NCBI GenBank assembly: GCA_026992635.1
Contig: JALWYU010000040.1
Location: 1,920 to 65,919 of the forward strand
Reading direction: 5' to 3'
Origin: Bacteroidota bacterium
GTDB taxonomy: Bacteria; Bacteroidota; Bacteroidia; JAADEI01
DNA: 64,000 nucleotides
The notes beneath the pieces were generated by a model, which was not told the DNA's origin, ran no database searches, and saw nothing but the letters and a program-made list of their open reading frames with translations. Below are positions 30,860 to 39,056 of this stretch, piece after piece; the stretch's first letter is position 1; every line of letters begins with the position of its first letter. Both the position numbers and the translations under genes were made by a program.

Positions 30860-32656
30860 TCACTGCAACACATACCCATTCCGCTCTAAAAAGTGACGCG
30901 CAATCTGCCGGCGCAACTGAAAAGTAGGTACCGCCGATAGACGCGTCCACCGACGTACCGCACCCTGCAACAACCGCAACTCATCCCCCTCAGCAATGTT
31001 CATCACAATCTCCTGAGCACGGTGCGCAACGACACCCAGTGCCTCCCGCGTCAACACCTGCACCAGCGGCACCATCAAAGGATACGAACCTCCGTGCTTC
31101 TGTGCACGCAACCAAGCCGACTCCGCCACCGCCACCTGAATCATCATGTCCGCCAATCCCATAATAATCTCCTGCTGCTCTTCCAGCCGATCCATGTACT
31201 TCTGAAACGCCGCACCTGCTAATAAATGAATCAACCGCTTCGCATTCTGAATTTGCCTGCCTTCCTCGGAAAGAGGCGCTCCCCCAGGCTCCGGCACCGT
31301 AATCTCCGTCAATGCCTGCTGCGCTTCATTGATTGCCCGCATCAGGTCCAGCTCGCCTTTCATGGCTTTGCGCGCCACCATAGACACCATCAACAGCCGA
31401 TTGATCTCATTCGTCCCTTCAAAGATCCGATTAATCCGGCTATCCCGATACATACGCGCCGCCGGATACTCCTCAATGTACCCATACCCTCCATAAATCT
31501 GCAACGTCTCATCCACAACAAAATCCAGAACCTCCGAACCCGCAACCTTCGTAATCGCCGTCTCTATCGCATACTCACGCGAGGCAAGCATGCTCGCCTC
31601 CGCCATCTTCCCCGACTGGCGTAACCCCTCCTCATAACGCTGAATCCACGTCGCCACCCGATAAATCAACGATTCCAGACCAAAAATCAACACACCCATC
31701 TGACTGATCTTCCACTGAATCGCTCCAAACTCCGCGATAGGCTTGCCAAACTGCACGCGCTCCTTCGCATACTGCGCCGCATACGCCAATGCACGCTTCG
31801 CAGAACCCAAACACGCCGCACCCAGCTTAAACCGACCCACATTCAATATGCCAAACGCAATATGATGACCTTTCCCAATCTCTCCCAGCACATTTTCCTT
31901 AGGAACCGGCACATCCTCCAGAAACACCGGACACGTAGACGCTCCCTTAATTCCCATCTTCTTCTCCTCAGGACCAATCGTAATCCCGCCAAAATCCTTC
32001 TCCACAATGAACGCAGTAAAATGCTCACCATCCACCTTCGCAAACACAATGAACAAATCGGCAAAACCCGCATTGGTGATGAACATCTTCTGCCCGTTCA
32101 AAATGTAATGCGTGCCAGCATCGTTCAACCGTGCCGACGTCCGAATTGACAGGGCATCCGAACCGGCATTGGGCTCCGTCAAACAATACGCCGATTTGCG
32201 CTTACCACTCGCTAAGTCCGGCAAATACTTCCTGCGCTGCGCATCCGTACCAAAATACTGAATAGGGAGCGTGCCAATCCCCGTATGCGCAAAAAACGAC
32301 ACGGCAAAGGAATGACCCGGACCCAGCGCCTCCGCCAAAATCGCACCCGCCTGAAAATCCGCACCACTCCCCCCATATTCTTCTGGCACCGTAAATCCCA
32401 GCAAGCCCAGCTCACCCGCTTTATCCAGCAGCTGGGGCATCAACCCCTCTTTGTGCGCATCCAGATCATCCAGCACCGGATACACCTCCTTCTCCAGGAA
32501 ATCCCGCGCCGTCTGATAAACCAGACGATGCTCCTCCGTCCAGTCCTCCGGAGTAAACAACGTTTGCGCATCTTCCTGACGCAACAAAAACTCACCACCA
32601 CGCAACCCCTGTACCTGAACCTCCGCCATCTCCCACAGGATTTCTTCTTCGTACAC
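30860..32656 (-). CDS. long-form acyl-CoA dehydrogenase
   Basis: 598 aa. The sequence includes LTEPNAGSDA, FITNAGFADLFIVFAKV and QIYGGYGYIEEYPAARMYRDSRINRIFEGTNEI. Confidence 0.9.
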   Translation of the reverse strand: MYEEEILWEMAEVQVQGLRGGEFLLRQEDAQTLFTPEDWTEEHRLVYQTARDFLEKEVYPVLDDLDAHKEGLMPQLLDKAGELGLLGFTVPEEYGGSGADFQAGAILAEALGPGHSFAVSFFAHTGIGTLPIQYFGTDAQRRKYLPDLASGKRKSAYCLTEPNAGSDALSIRTSARLNDAGTHYILNGQKMFITNAGFADLFIVFAKVDGEHFTAFIVEKDFGGITIGPEEKKMGIKGASTCPVFLEDVPVPKENVLGEIGKGHHIAFGILNVGRFKLGAACLGSAKRALAYAAQYAKERVQFGKPIAEFGAIQWKISQMGVLIFGLESLIYRVATWIQRYEEGLRQSGKMAEASMLASREYAIETAITKVAGSEVLDFVVDETLQIYGGYGYIEEYPAARMYRDSRINRIFEGTNEINRLLMVSMVARKAMKGELDLMRAINEAQQALTEITVPEPGGAPLSEEGRQIQNAKRLIHLLAGAAFQKYMDRLEEQQEIIMGLADMMIQVAVAESAWLRAQKHGGSYPLMVPLVQVLTREALGVVAHRAQEIVMNIAEGDELRLLQGAVRRWTRLSAVPTFQLRRQIARHFLERNGYVLQ

Positions 32657-32725
32657 AACACGCTTTTCTACCGCCCTTACTTACAATGTAGGCGGCCGCC
32701 AGAAAAGAATCACCCCCACCTCCAA

Positions 32726-32758
32726 TTTGGGGAACTTTCCATCACCCTTTTACTTTTG
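32726..32758 (+). promoter_or_regulatory. Bacteroidota-type promoter candidate (-33 TTTG, 21-nt spacer, -7 TACTTTTG) upstream of tRNA-Arg
   Basis: TTTG at 32726-32729 and TACTTTTG at 32751-32758 fit the TTTG-N19-21-TAnnTTTG consensus. The tRNA starts 50 nt downstream. Confidence 0.4.
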
Positions 32759-32807
32759 TTCCTCTTGCAGGGAGACACAAGCAAATTTCGTGCCAGCCCT
32801 CTGTCAC

Positions 32808-32880
32808 GCCCCCGTAGCTCAGCGGATAGAGCAGTGGCCTTCTAAGCCACGGGTCGCAGGTTCGAATCCTGCCGGGGGCA
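32808..32880 (+). tRNA. tRNA-Arg (anticodon UCU), no encoded CCA
   Basis: Manual cloverleaf. Acceptor stem GCCCCCG/CGGGGGC. D-arm GCTC-AGCGGATA-GAGC. Anticodon arm GTGGC-CTTCTAA-GCCAC. T-arm GCAGG-TTCGAAT-CCTGC. Confidence 0.9.
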
Positions 32881-33067
32881 CACGCACATCCCCCTTCCAA
32901 TACTCCCTGGGTGCAACGCCCATCCTCCGAACCCGTGTGCCGCATTCTCTATTATTATTTTCAGCACCCGTATGAGTGCGTCCAGCCAGGCACACCACCC
33001 ACTACCCCGAAAATTGCGCGAAAAATTTCCGGGGAGCACTTGCATAATTTCCTGCCGTGCCTTACTT

Positions 33068-33075
33068 TATATTTG
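33068..33075 (+). promoter_or_regulatory. candidate -7 element TATATTTG upstream of the tail-fibre-like gene
   Basis: It matches TAnnTTTG and lies 68 nt upstream of the ATG at 33143. No clean -33 TTTG is present at the canonical spacing. Confidence 0.3.
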
Positions 33076-33142
33076 AGTTTTGCAGAAGCGGTCAACCGCA
33101 CACGTCAGGGAAGCGTATCCCCCATGCAAAATCCCCACAGAA

Positions 33143-34678
33143 ATGGCAACTTCAACACGTAAGTGCTACTGGCTCTTCACAGCGCTTTCGCCTCTCTGGC
33201 TGAACGCACAAAATGTAGGCATAGGAACCACCAGCCCCTCCGCACGTCTACACATCCTTGCCCCCAACACCTTCAACCAGGACCTGCTCCGCATAGAAAA
33301 AACCGGGGCAAACGCACCCTTCCTGATTCTCACCCCAGATGGTAAAGTGGGCGTCCACACCGCTTCACCCCAGGCACCACTCCACGTCAGTGGCAACACA
33401 CGCATAGACGACACCCTCTTCGTGGGCAGAGGCATCTGGTTCAACCAGGAACTGGCACCCGCCGGACAGCCCGGGCAACCCGGCTATATCCTGATGAGCC
33501 AGGGTGCCGGACAACCACCTATCTGGATTGACACCGCCTCACTCCTGTCAGGCGCCGGCGACAACTGGGGATCGCAAGTTGCCATCACCCAATCACCCAT
33601 CATCGGCTCCGGACTTGCCGCCAATCCGATCCGCCTCCAAAACGGAACCACCGCCGGACAAATCCTCTACTGGAACGGAGCCACCTGGCAAATCACCAGT
33701 TTATCCACCGTAGAAGCCGATCCCAACGCCTGGCACCTCACCGGTAACGCCATCAACCCCTCTCAATTCCTGGGCACCACCAACAACCAGCCACTCATCT
33801 TCAAAACCAACAACACCGAACGGATGCGTATTACACAGAGTGGCACCGTCGGAATCGGACTGACAACACCCCAGGCACGACTGCACGTCCACTCCACTGC
33901 CCTCCCCTTCATCGCACAAATTGCTTCTTCTGCCAACGTCAACATCGCCGAATTCCGGCACAACGACGCCTGGTGGCTCTTCCACGTAGACGGCGCCAAC
34001 CACCCCGAACTGGGGATCTACAACCCCGCCACCAACACCACCCAGTGGAACGTACTGGACTTCGACCGAAACACAGGACACGTGGGTATGGGTACCAATG
34101 CCGTCTCCACCGCCCGACTCAAAATCTGGGGCAACTTGGAACTCTCTGGCGGCGACTTCCGACCCAATAACAATCCCGGTACAAGTGGTCAGGTCCTGAT
34201 GAGCCAGGGCGCCGGAACACCACCCATCTGGGCTTGGGCACTCACCAAAAACCACGTCTACGTCGCCTACTCCAGCTACAACCCGCCTTTGCAACTTTCA
34301 GGCAACGTATGGAAAACCATCGCAGGACCCATCACCGTCTGGCTGCCCGCCGGCGCCAAAGTCCTTGCCTACGCCACCGGCGGCGCAATGACTACAGGCG
34401 TGTGCTACGCCTCAGCTGACATCCGGATCTCCGTCAACGGAAACAACTTCCCCAACGGCGCCTACACCAAAGAAACCGTAGACTACAACGTTGCCTGGGA
34501 CCTCTTTGACGTCTACACCGTCATGGGGGTGTACACCGTACCCGCCAGCGGCAACTACACCTTCCGCTTAGAAGGTTGGGGACCCGCCGCACCCAGCGAA
34601 GCCAACTGCTATCTCCAGGTGGGCGGCGACAACTCATCCGTCCTCCAGGCAACTCTGATGATCGTCGTCCTCAAATAA
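33143..34678 (+). CDS. secreted tail-fibre-like / cell-surface protein with repeated VGIGTxxPxARLHV modules
   Basis: Signal peptide MATSTRKCYWLFTALSPLWLNAQ. NVGIGTTSPSARLHI, GTVGIGLTTPQARLHVH and GHVGMGTNAVSTARLKIW are present. G(Y/Q)(I/V)LMSQGAGxPPIW occurs twice. The C-terminus is beta-rich. Confidence 0.7.
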   Translation: MATSTRKCYWLFTALSPLWLNAQNVGIGTTSPSARLHILAPNTFNQDLLRIEKTGANAPFLILTPDGKVGVHTASPQAPLHVSGNTRIDDTLFVGRGIWFNQELAPAGQPGQPGYILMSQGAGQPPIWIDTASLLSGAGDNWGSQVAITQSPIIGSGLAANPIRLQNGTTAGQILYWNGATWQITSLSTVEADPNAWHLTGNAINPSQFLGTTNNQPLIFKTNNTERMRITQSGTVGIGLTTPQARLHVHSTALPFIAQIASSANVNIAEFRHNDAWWLFHVDGANHPELGIYNPATNTTQWNVLDFDRNTGHVGMGTNAVSTARLKIWGNLELSGGDFRPNNNPGTSGQVLMSQGAGTPPIWAWALTKNHVYVAYSSYNPPLQLSGNVWKTIAGPITVWLPAGAKVLAYATGGAMTTGVCYASADIRISVNGNNFPNGAYTKETVDYNVAWDLFDVYTVMGVYTVPASGNYTFRLEGWGPAAPSEANCYLQVGGDNSSVLQATLMIVVLK

Positions 34679-34770
34679 CCAAACACTCCGCCCCAACCTT
34701 CCTCCGCCTCGCCAAACCAAAACACACACAACAAGGGAGGGGAGGGGGAACCTCTCTCTCAAAGACCACC

Positions 34771-35182
34771 CTACGAAACCACTTCAAACACGCAATCTAC
34801 AAGCCGGTTCGCATTGCAAAACGCCACCTGCGCCTTGAATCTAAGCTCTACACCTAACTTTTTCAGGTTCCTTTGCCAGCGAGGGATTTGCATAGCAGGC
34901 ACTTTCCCCATATTGCCCACCACAATTGCAAACTTGTGAAATTGTGCCCATTCCTTCCCGAAATGAGCTCTCATTCTCTTTATCGTGCTCTCCAGTTGCT
35001 GATAAGCCACACCAATATGGTTGTCTCTCTGCAGGATCATACCACCAGATACCCAACCTTTTGCCCTCTACTTCATAAATTTTCTTTCCTGCGGACTCTT
35101 GAATAAACCTTAACGAACCTTTCAGCCCAAATTTCTTTCTGTTCTCTTCGTAGATAACAATAACTTTTTGTGAGCCCATCAA
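34771..35182 (-). pseudogene. small ORF split over two overlapping frames (112 aa from the ATG at 35179; 89 aa from 35040); either a frameshifted gene or two overlapping small genes
   Basis: Frame A reads MGSQKVIVIYEENRKKFGLKGSLRFIQESAGKKIYEVEGKRLGIWWYDPAE... Frame B opens 9 codons before its ATG and reads MILQRDNHIGVAYQQLESTIKRMRAHFGKEW... The frames overlap across about 200 nt, including an agagaga run near 35025. The ORF starts 12 nt after the ATPase stop. Confidence 0.4.
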
Positions 35183-35193
35183 AATTGCCTGGC

Positions 35194-36483
35194 TTATCGG
35201 CCATTAGATAACGCCAGAATCTTATTAATCTCGTCAGAAATATCCTCCATCACTGCATCAATCGTGTTTGCCTCTATCAAGCCATCTTCCCCCATAAGAT
35301 TCCTCACACTCCCAGATTTCAGCTCATACACCGCCACGCTCTGAGGTTCAAGCCAAATATCCCCATAGGATTCTTTCAACTGCTCAGACTTTGACTGCTC
35401 ATATTCCTGCCTTGCCAGCAAAAGATTGTTCACAGCACTGAGAATGTAAGGACTGTGCGTGGTGACAAAAAAACGCGCCCCCACCATATTCTGAACAAAC
35501 GCCAACAGATAAATCAAATCAACCTGACGAGCAGGAAACAAATGCGCCTCCGGTTCCTCTATGATGAAACTGACAGACTCCTCGCGTTTCATTAACGCCT
35601 TCCTCAAAGATAACAAAATGGGCAACAACTCCTGTTGACCTGAAGAAAGAAAATCCGGTGTTCTTGCCCCTGTACGCGCTGATTCCACAACAACCGGCAC
35701 ATGACGTTCATCGCCAGCTTCAATACGCCCTCTGAGTAACCTGAACTCACGCCTTAAATAAGCACGATACAAATCCTCATCCATCCTGCGACGACCAAAC
35801 TGCAATACAACCTCTTTGGCTATCACGCTCAGCTCACGAATGAAATGACGCAAAAACGGATCGGCAACCACACGATCCGGAACCAAAGTCAACGCCTCCG
35901 AATACAAATACAAAGCCCGACTATGGGGAATGTAGACAGAGTGCGACCCAAGCCTGCCTATCACCGTACCCTCCAAACTCGTAAGCAAGGCACGTACAAA
36001 TCTTTTCATTGTTTCTTCCGAAGACATTGCCTCAGCTTCCACGATCTTGTGAAGCGTATCTTTCAGGAGTCCAATGATTGCCTGGCTCTCCCCAAGATGC
36101 TCCCCGAATATCGCCACCAGGTTGTTCTCATGAACCTGAATCCCATCAATATCATGCTCTCCCAAAACGATTTCCAGCACAGGCTTTTGACCAAAAAAAT
36201 ACCGAATAGTGCCTCTCCCCAAAGTCGTATAGGGCACAGCAAATGCCTCCTGCCACCACCTCCGAATCTTCAATAGAATTTCCTCACGGTAAACCTCAGC
36301 CAATTGCTCGTCACCAAATAATGGATATGCCAGCAAGTACAGGAGCGCCTCCCTCAATAGAAACAAAACCTTTGCGAGCACACTCTTGCCCTCCGCATTA
36401 TCGCCAATCAAAACCGTAAACGGCTTCACCTCAAGATCAACGCGCCGAACAACCAGAAAGTTCTCAACGAGCACCCTTTCCAT
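35194..36483 (-). CDS. ABC-type AAA family ATPase (AAA_15/AAA_21-like, SMC/OLD-class)
   Basis: ATG at 36483. The N-terminus is MERVLVENFLVVRRVDLEVKPFTVLIGDNAEGKSVL (Walker A). The ABC signature LSSGQQ, the Walker B FIIEEPEAHLFP and the H-loop FVTTHSPYIL are present. Confidence 0.85.
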   Translation of the reverse strand: MERVLVENFLVVRRVDLEVKPFTVLIGDNAEGKSVLAKVLFLLREALLYLLAYPLFGDEQLAEVYREEILLKIRRWWQEAFAVPYTTLGRGTIRYFFGQKPVLEIVLGEHDIDGIQVHENNLVAIFGEHLGESQAIIGLLKDTLHKIVEAEAMSSEETMKRFVRALLTSLEGTVIGRLGSHSVYIPHSRALYLYSEALTLVPDRVVADPFLRHFIRELSVIAKEVVLQFGRRRMDEDLYRAYLRREFRLLRGRIEAGDERHVPVVVESARTGARTPDFLSSGQQELLPILLSLRKALMKREESVSFIIEEPEAHLFPARQVDLIYLLAFVQNMVGARFFVTTHSPYILSAVNNLLLARQEYEQSKSEQLKESYGDIWLEPQSVAVYELKSGSVRNLMGEDGLIEANTIDAVMEDISDEINKILALSNGR

Positions 36484-36529
36484 CTCTACTGTGTTCAGCA
36501 GACGACCTTGCTCAGCCCAGCTCCACGCT

Positions 36530-36955
36530 TCAACCCTGCCAGAACATGAAAACACTGTAAACCAGCAACAAAACCAGCACCGCTCCATAAAACCACCCCA
36601 GCGTAAGGGAAAACATAATTCTAACTGGCGACTGCTCCTCGCCCCTAAAACGATAAGCATTCAAATCAAATAGGTATTCGTCGGTTTTCAGTCTATTGCG
36701 AATGACCCAATTATAGAGCCGACGATACAGCCTCTCCTGCCACAAAAAATAAGCATCCAGAAACCAAAAGGCAAGCAACAGAATACCACCAGCCAGCCCC
36801 AGCACACCCGCTCCCCCCAGCAAAACCACAACCGACACCAAAACCGCAAATCCCTTAATCAAAAAAGAATTCATCGCCATCCGCCTGATCACACCCTGAA
36901 TCAACTCAACCTCCTTAAGCAAAAACGCCTTTAACTCTTCGCGCGTGTACCCCAT
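36530..36955 (-). CDS. small integral membrane protein (N-terminal amphipathic helix plus 3 predicted TM)
   Basis: 141 aa. Hydrophobic segments are FAVLVSVVVLLGGAGVLGLAGGILLLAFWFL and LTLGWFYGAVLVLLLVYSVFMFW. A basic loop WQERLYRRLYNWVIRNR lies between them. The gene is 46 bp upstream of the ATPase. Confidence 0.65.
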   Translation of the reverse strand: MGYTREELKAFLLKEVELIQGVIRRMAMNSFLIKGFAVLVSVVVLLGGAGVLGLAGGILLLAFWFLDAYFLWQERLYRRLYNWVIRNRLKTDEYLFDLNAYRFRGEEQSPVRIMFSLTLGWFYGAVLVLLLVYSVFMFWQG

Positions 36956-37093
36956 CCGATTGCCTGCCCAATTTTACCTCTCAGGGTCTTCATTCCTGGG
37001 AACGTCCCTTACGCACTGCAAGTTCCCAAAGTGCATACACGCTATCCGCTGGACAGCAGCAAATTTCCACCCCCTCACCACTACCAACCGCCA

Positions 37094-37762
37094 CTACTCC
37101 TCAGACCACGGCACACCAAACCGACTCCGAAACGCAATCGCACGCAACGGTAAACGATCTCGCTCCGCACGCTCCGACTCCGCCAAATCCCCGGGCAACT
37201 GATCCGGATCACCCAGATACCCCACAGCTATTGCCGTCACCGGGTCAAACGTCTCCGGAACACCAAACACCCGACGAACACACTCCCCATCAAACCCGCC
37301 CATCACATGCACGTACAAACCATACGCACGCGCCTGCAAAATCAACTGTGCCGTCGCTAAGCCCACATCATGCCAGGCATGCGCATTCTTCACGTCCAGC
37401 CGATCCCAAAGATGCTTCTTGGCAAGCGCAATCATCAGAACCGGTACCGTCTTCGTCCACTGCCGATTGAACTCCACCAAACACCGATAGATCCGCTCCC
37501 AGGTCACCGGATCCCGATACCGATCCCCAACAATAAACCGCCACGGCTGGTCATTGTACGAAGAGGGCGCCCACCGAGCCGCCTCCAGCATTCCACGAAT
37601 ATACGCCTCAGGTACCGGCTTGTCCAAAAACGCACGCGGACTCCACCGCGTCTGAATCAAAGGATGAACAGGAACACTGGTTCGCGCCAACTTCTTTTCC
37701 AGCCAATCCTGCCAATCCTTCTCCAAACGCGAATCCATCCCCGACACATTTTGCTTTGACAA
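37094..37762 (-). CDS. nitroreductase family protein
   Basis: IQTRWSPRAFLDKPV...MLEAARWAPSSYNDQPWRF. Confidence 0.85.
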   Translation of the reverse strand: MSKQNVSGMDSRLEKDWQDWLEKKLARTSVPVHPLIQTRWSPRAFLDKPVPEAYIRGMLEAARWAPSSYNDQPWRFIVGDRYRDPVTWERIYRCLVEFNRQWTKTVPVLMIALAKKHLWDRLDVKNAHAWHDVGLATAQLILQARAYGLYVHVMGGFDGECVRRVFGVPETFDPVTAIAVGYLGDPDQLPGDLAESERAERDRLPLRAIAFRSRFGVPWSEE

Positions 37763-37790
37763 AGCACCACACCCAACCCCTACCCTACAT

Positions 37791-39056
37791 TCAACTTACA
37801 GCGCTTTCCCGTTTGTGTGGATACAGTTCTAAAGCCCGGGCAAGTACTTCAAGCGCTTCGCGCAACCGATCCACACCCACCACAAACGCAATTCGCACCT
37901 GGTCGCAACCCCTGCCCCCCGACACGTAAAACCCCGCACCCGGCGCAAGCAACACCGTCGTATCCACCCCGCCTACCTCCAGAAAATCCGTCAGCAACCA
38001 CCGGCAAAACACTTCCGAATCCTCAACCGGTAACTCCGCAAACACATAAAACGCACCTTGCGGAACCGGAGCTCGCACACCCGGCAGACCCCGTACCGCC
38101 TCCAGAAACACCTGACGGCGCCTGCCAAACTCCTCCACCACCCTATCTATCCACCAGGAAAACTCTTCCAGAATCAGTTGCACCAGATACTGTCCCAGGA
38201 GTGGCGGACTTAACCGCGCCTGACCCATCCGCAACAACACATCATACAGTTGACGATTCCGCGTGACCAACAGTCCCGTCCGAACCCCACATAAACTCAT
38301 CCGCTTGGAAAACGAATCAATCACCACCACATGATCCTCCACCCCTTCAAACGTCAGCAAACTCCGCGTCTTGACACCCCCATAAAGGAACTCCCGGTAA
38401 ACCTCATCGGCAACCAGCCACAGATTCTTCTCCCGCGCAAACGCCACCAAATCCGCAAGCATCTCCGACGAATACACCGTACCCGTCGGATTGTTCGGAT
38501 TGCAAATCAGAATGGCTTTCACTTCGGGGGTCCACCGCGAAAGGAACGCCTCAATATCGGGCAAGGCAAAATTCTGGGCGATCGTCGTGGGAACCGGCAC
38601 GACACGCCCACCCACCATCCTGACAATCCCCACATAATTGGCATACAATGGCTCAGGAATCATCACCGCATCCCCCGCATCCAGTAGCGCACGCAAGACA
38701 AACCACAATGCCTCCGAAGCACCCGCCGTAATCAAAATCTCCGACTCCGGATCCACCTCTATACCTAACCCCCTGTAATAGCGAGCAATGGACTGGCGAA
38801 CACCTGCCAGACCCGCCGAGTGCGAATACGCCAGCAACGATGGAACCCGACCACGAAACGCATCCAGAATCTGATCCGGCAAGGGAATATCCGGCTGACC
38901 AATGTTCAGATAAATCACCTGCTTGCCACGACGTTCCGCACCCTCCGCCAGAGGAATCAACTTCCGAATAGGAGATGGCGGCAACTGCCCCGCCACACCC
39001 GATAACCGCGGACCACCACCCAAACCAGACCCTTCAATCTTGCGACCCTCAAGCAT
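37791..39056 (-). CDS. PLP-dependent aminotransferase (class I, aspartate/aromatic type)
   Basis: SPIRKL, YLNIGQPD, NPNNPTG and SFSKRMSLCGVRTG (PLP lysine) are present. The ATG at 39056 is preferred over 39080. Confidence 0.85.
   Translation of the reverse strand: MLEGRKIEGSGLGGGPRLSGVAGQLPPSPIRKLIPLAEGAERRGKQVIYLNIGQPDIPLPDQILDAFRGRVPSLLAYSHSAGLAGVRQSIARYYRGLGIEVDPESEILITAGASEALWFVLRALLDAGDAVMIPEPLYANYVGIVRMVGGRVVPVPTTIAQNFALPDIEAFLSRWTPEVKAILICNPNNPTGTVYSSEMLADLVAFAREKNLWLVADEVYREFLYGGVKTRSLLTFEGVEDHVVVIDSFSKRMSLCGVRTGLLVTRNRQLYDVLLRMGQARLSPPLLGQYLVQLILEEFSWWIDRVVEEFGRRRQVFLEAVRGLPGVRAPVPQGAFYVFAELPVEDSEVFCRWLLTDFLEVGGVDTTVLLAPGAGFYVSGGRGCDQVRIAFVVGVDRLREALEVLARALELYPHKRESAVS

Larger units (their letters stand above)
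34690..37093. other. compositionally atypical (lower GC, unskewed) island carrying a three-gene minus-strand module
   Basis: Hand count of 35101-35160 gives 21/60 G+C, against 32-38/60 in host stretches. The host C/A-rich skew is absent. The left side is bounded by the G-run gggaggggaggggg (34735-34748). Confidence 0.7.

Noticed and set aside
34771-35182. Assigning the small island ORF to RloB/TOPRIM-like nuclease partners of AAA ATPases
   Set aside because: There is only a vague resemblance: an acidic pair after a hydrophobic strand, a YDxxxxD stretch and VAYxxxLE. The protein is too short and too divergent to support this without profile searches.
32808-37093. Integrated prophage or integrative element at tRNA-Arg (tail-fibre-like gene plus island)
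   Set aside because: There are no integrase, capsid, terminase or other phage genes. I could not find a direct repeat of the tRNA 3' end. The tail-fibre-like gene has host-like skew, so only 34.7-37.1 kb looks foreign.
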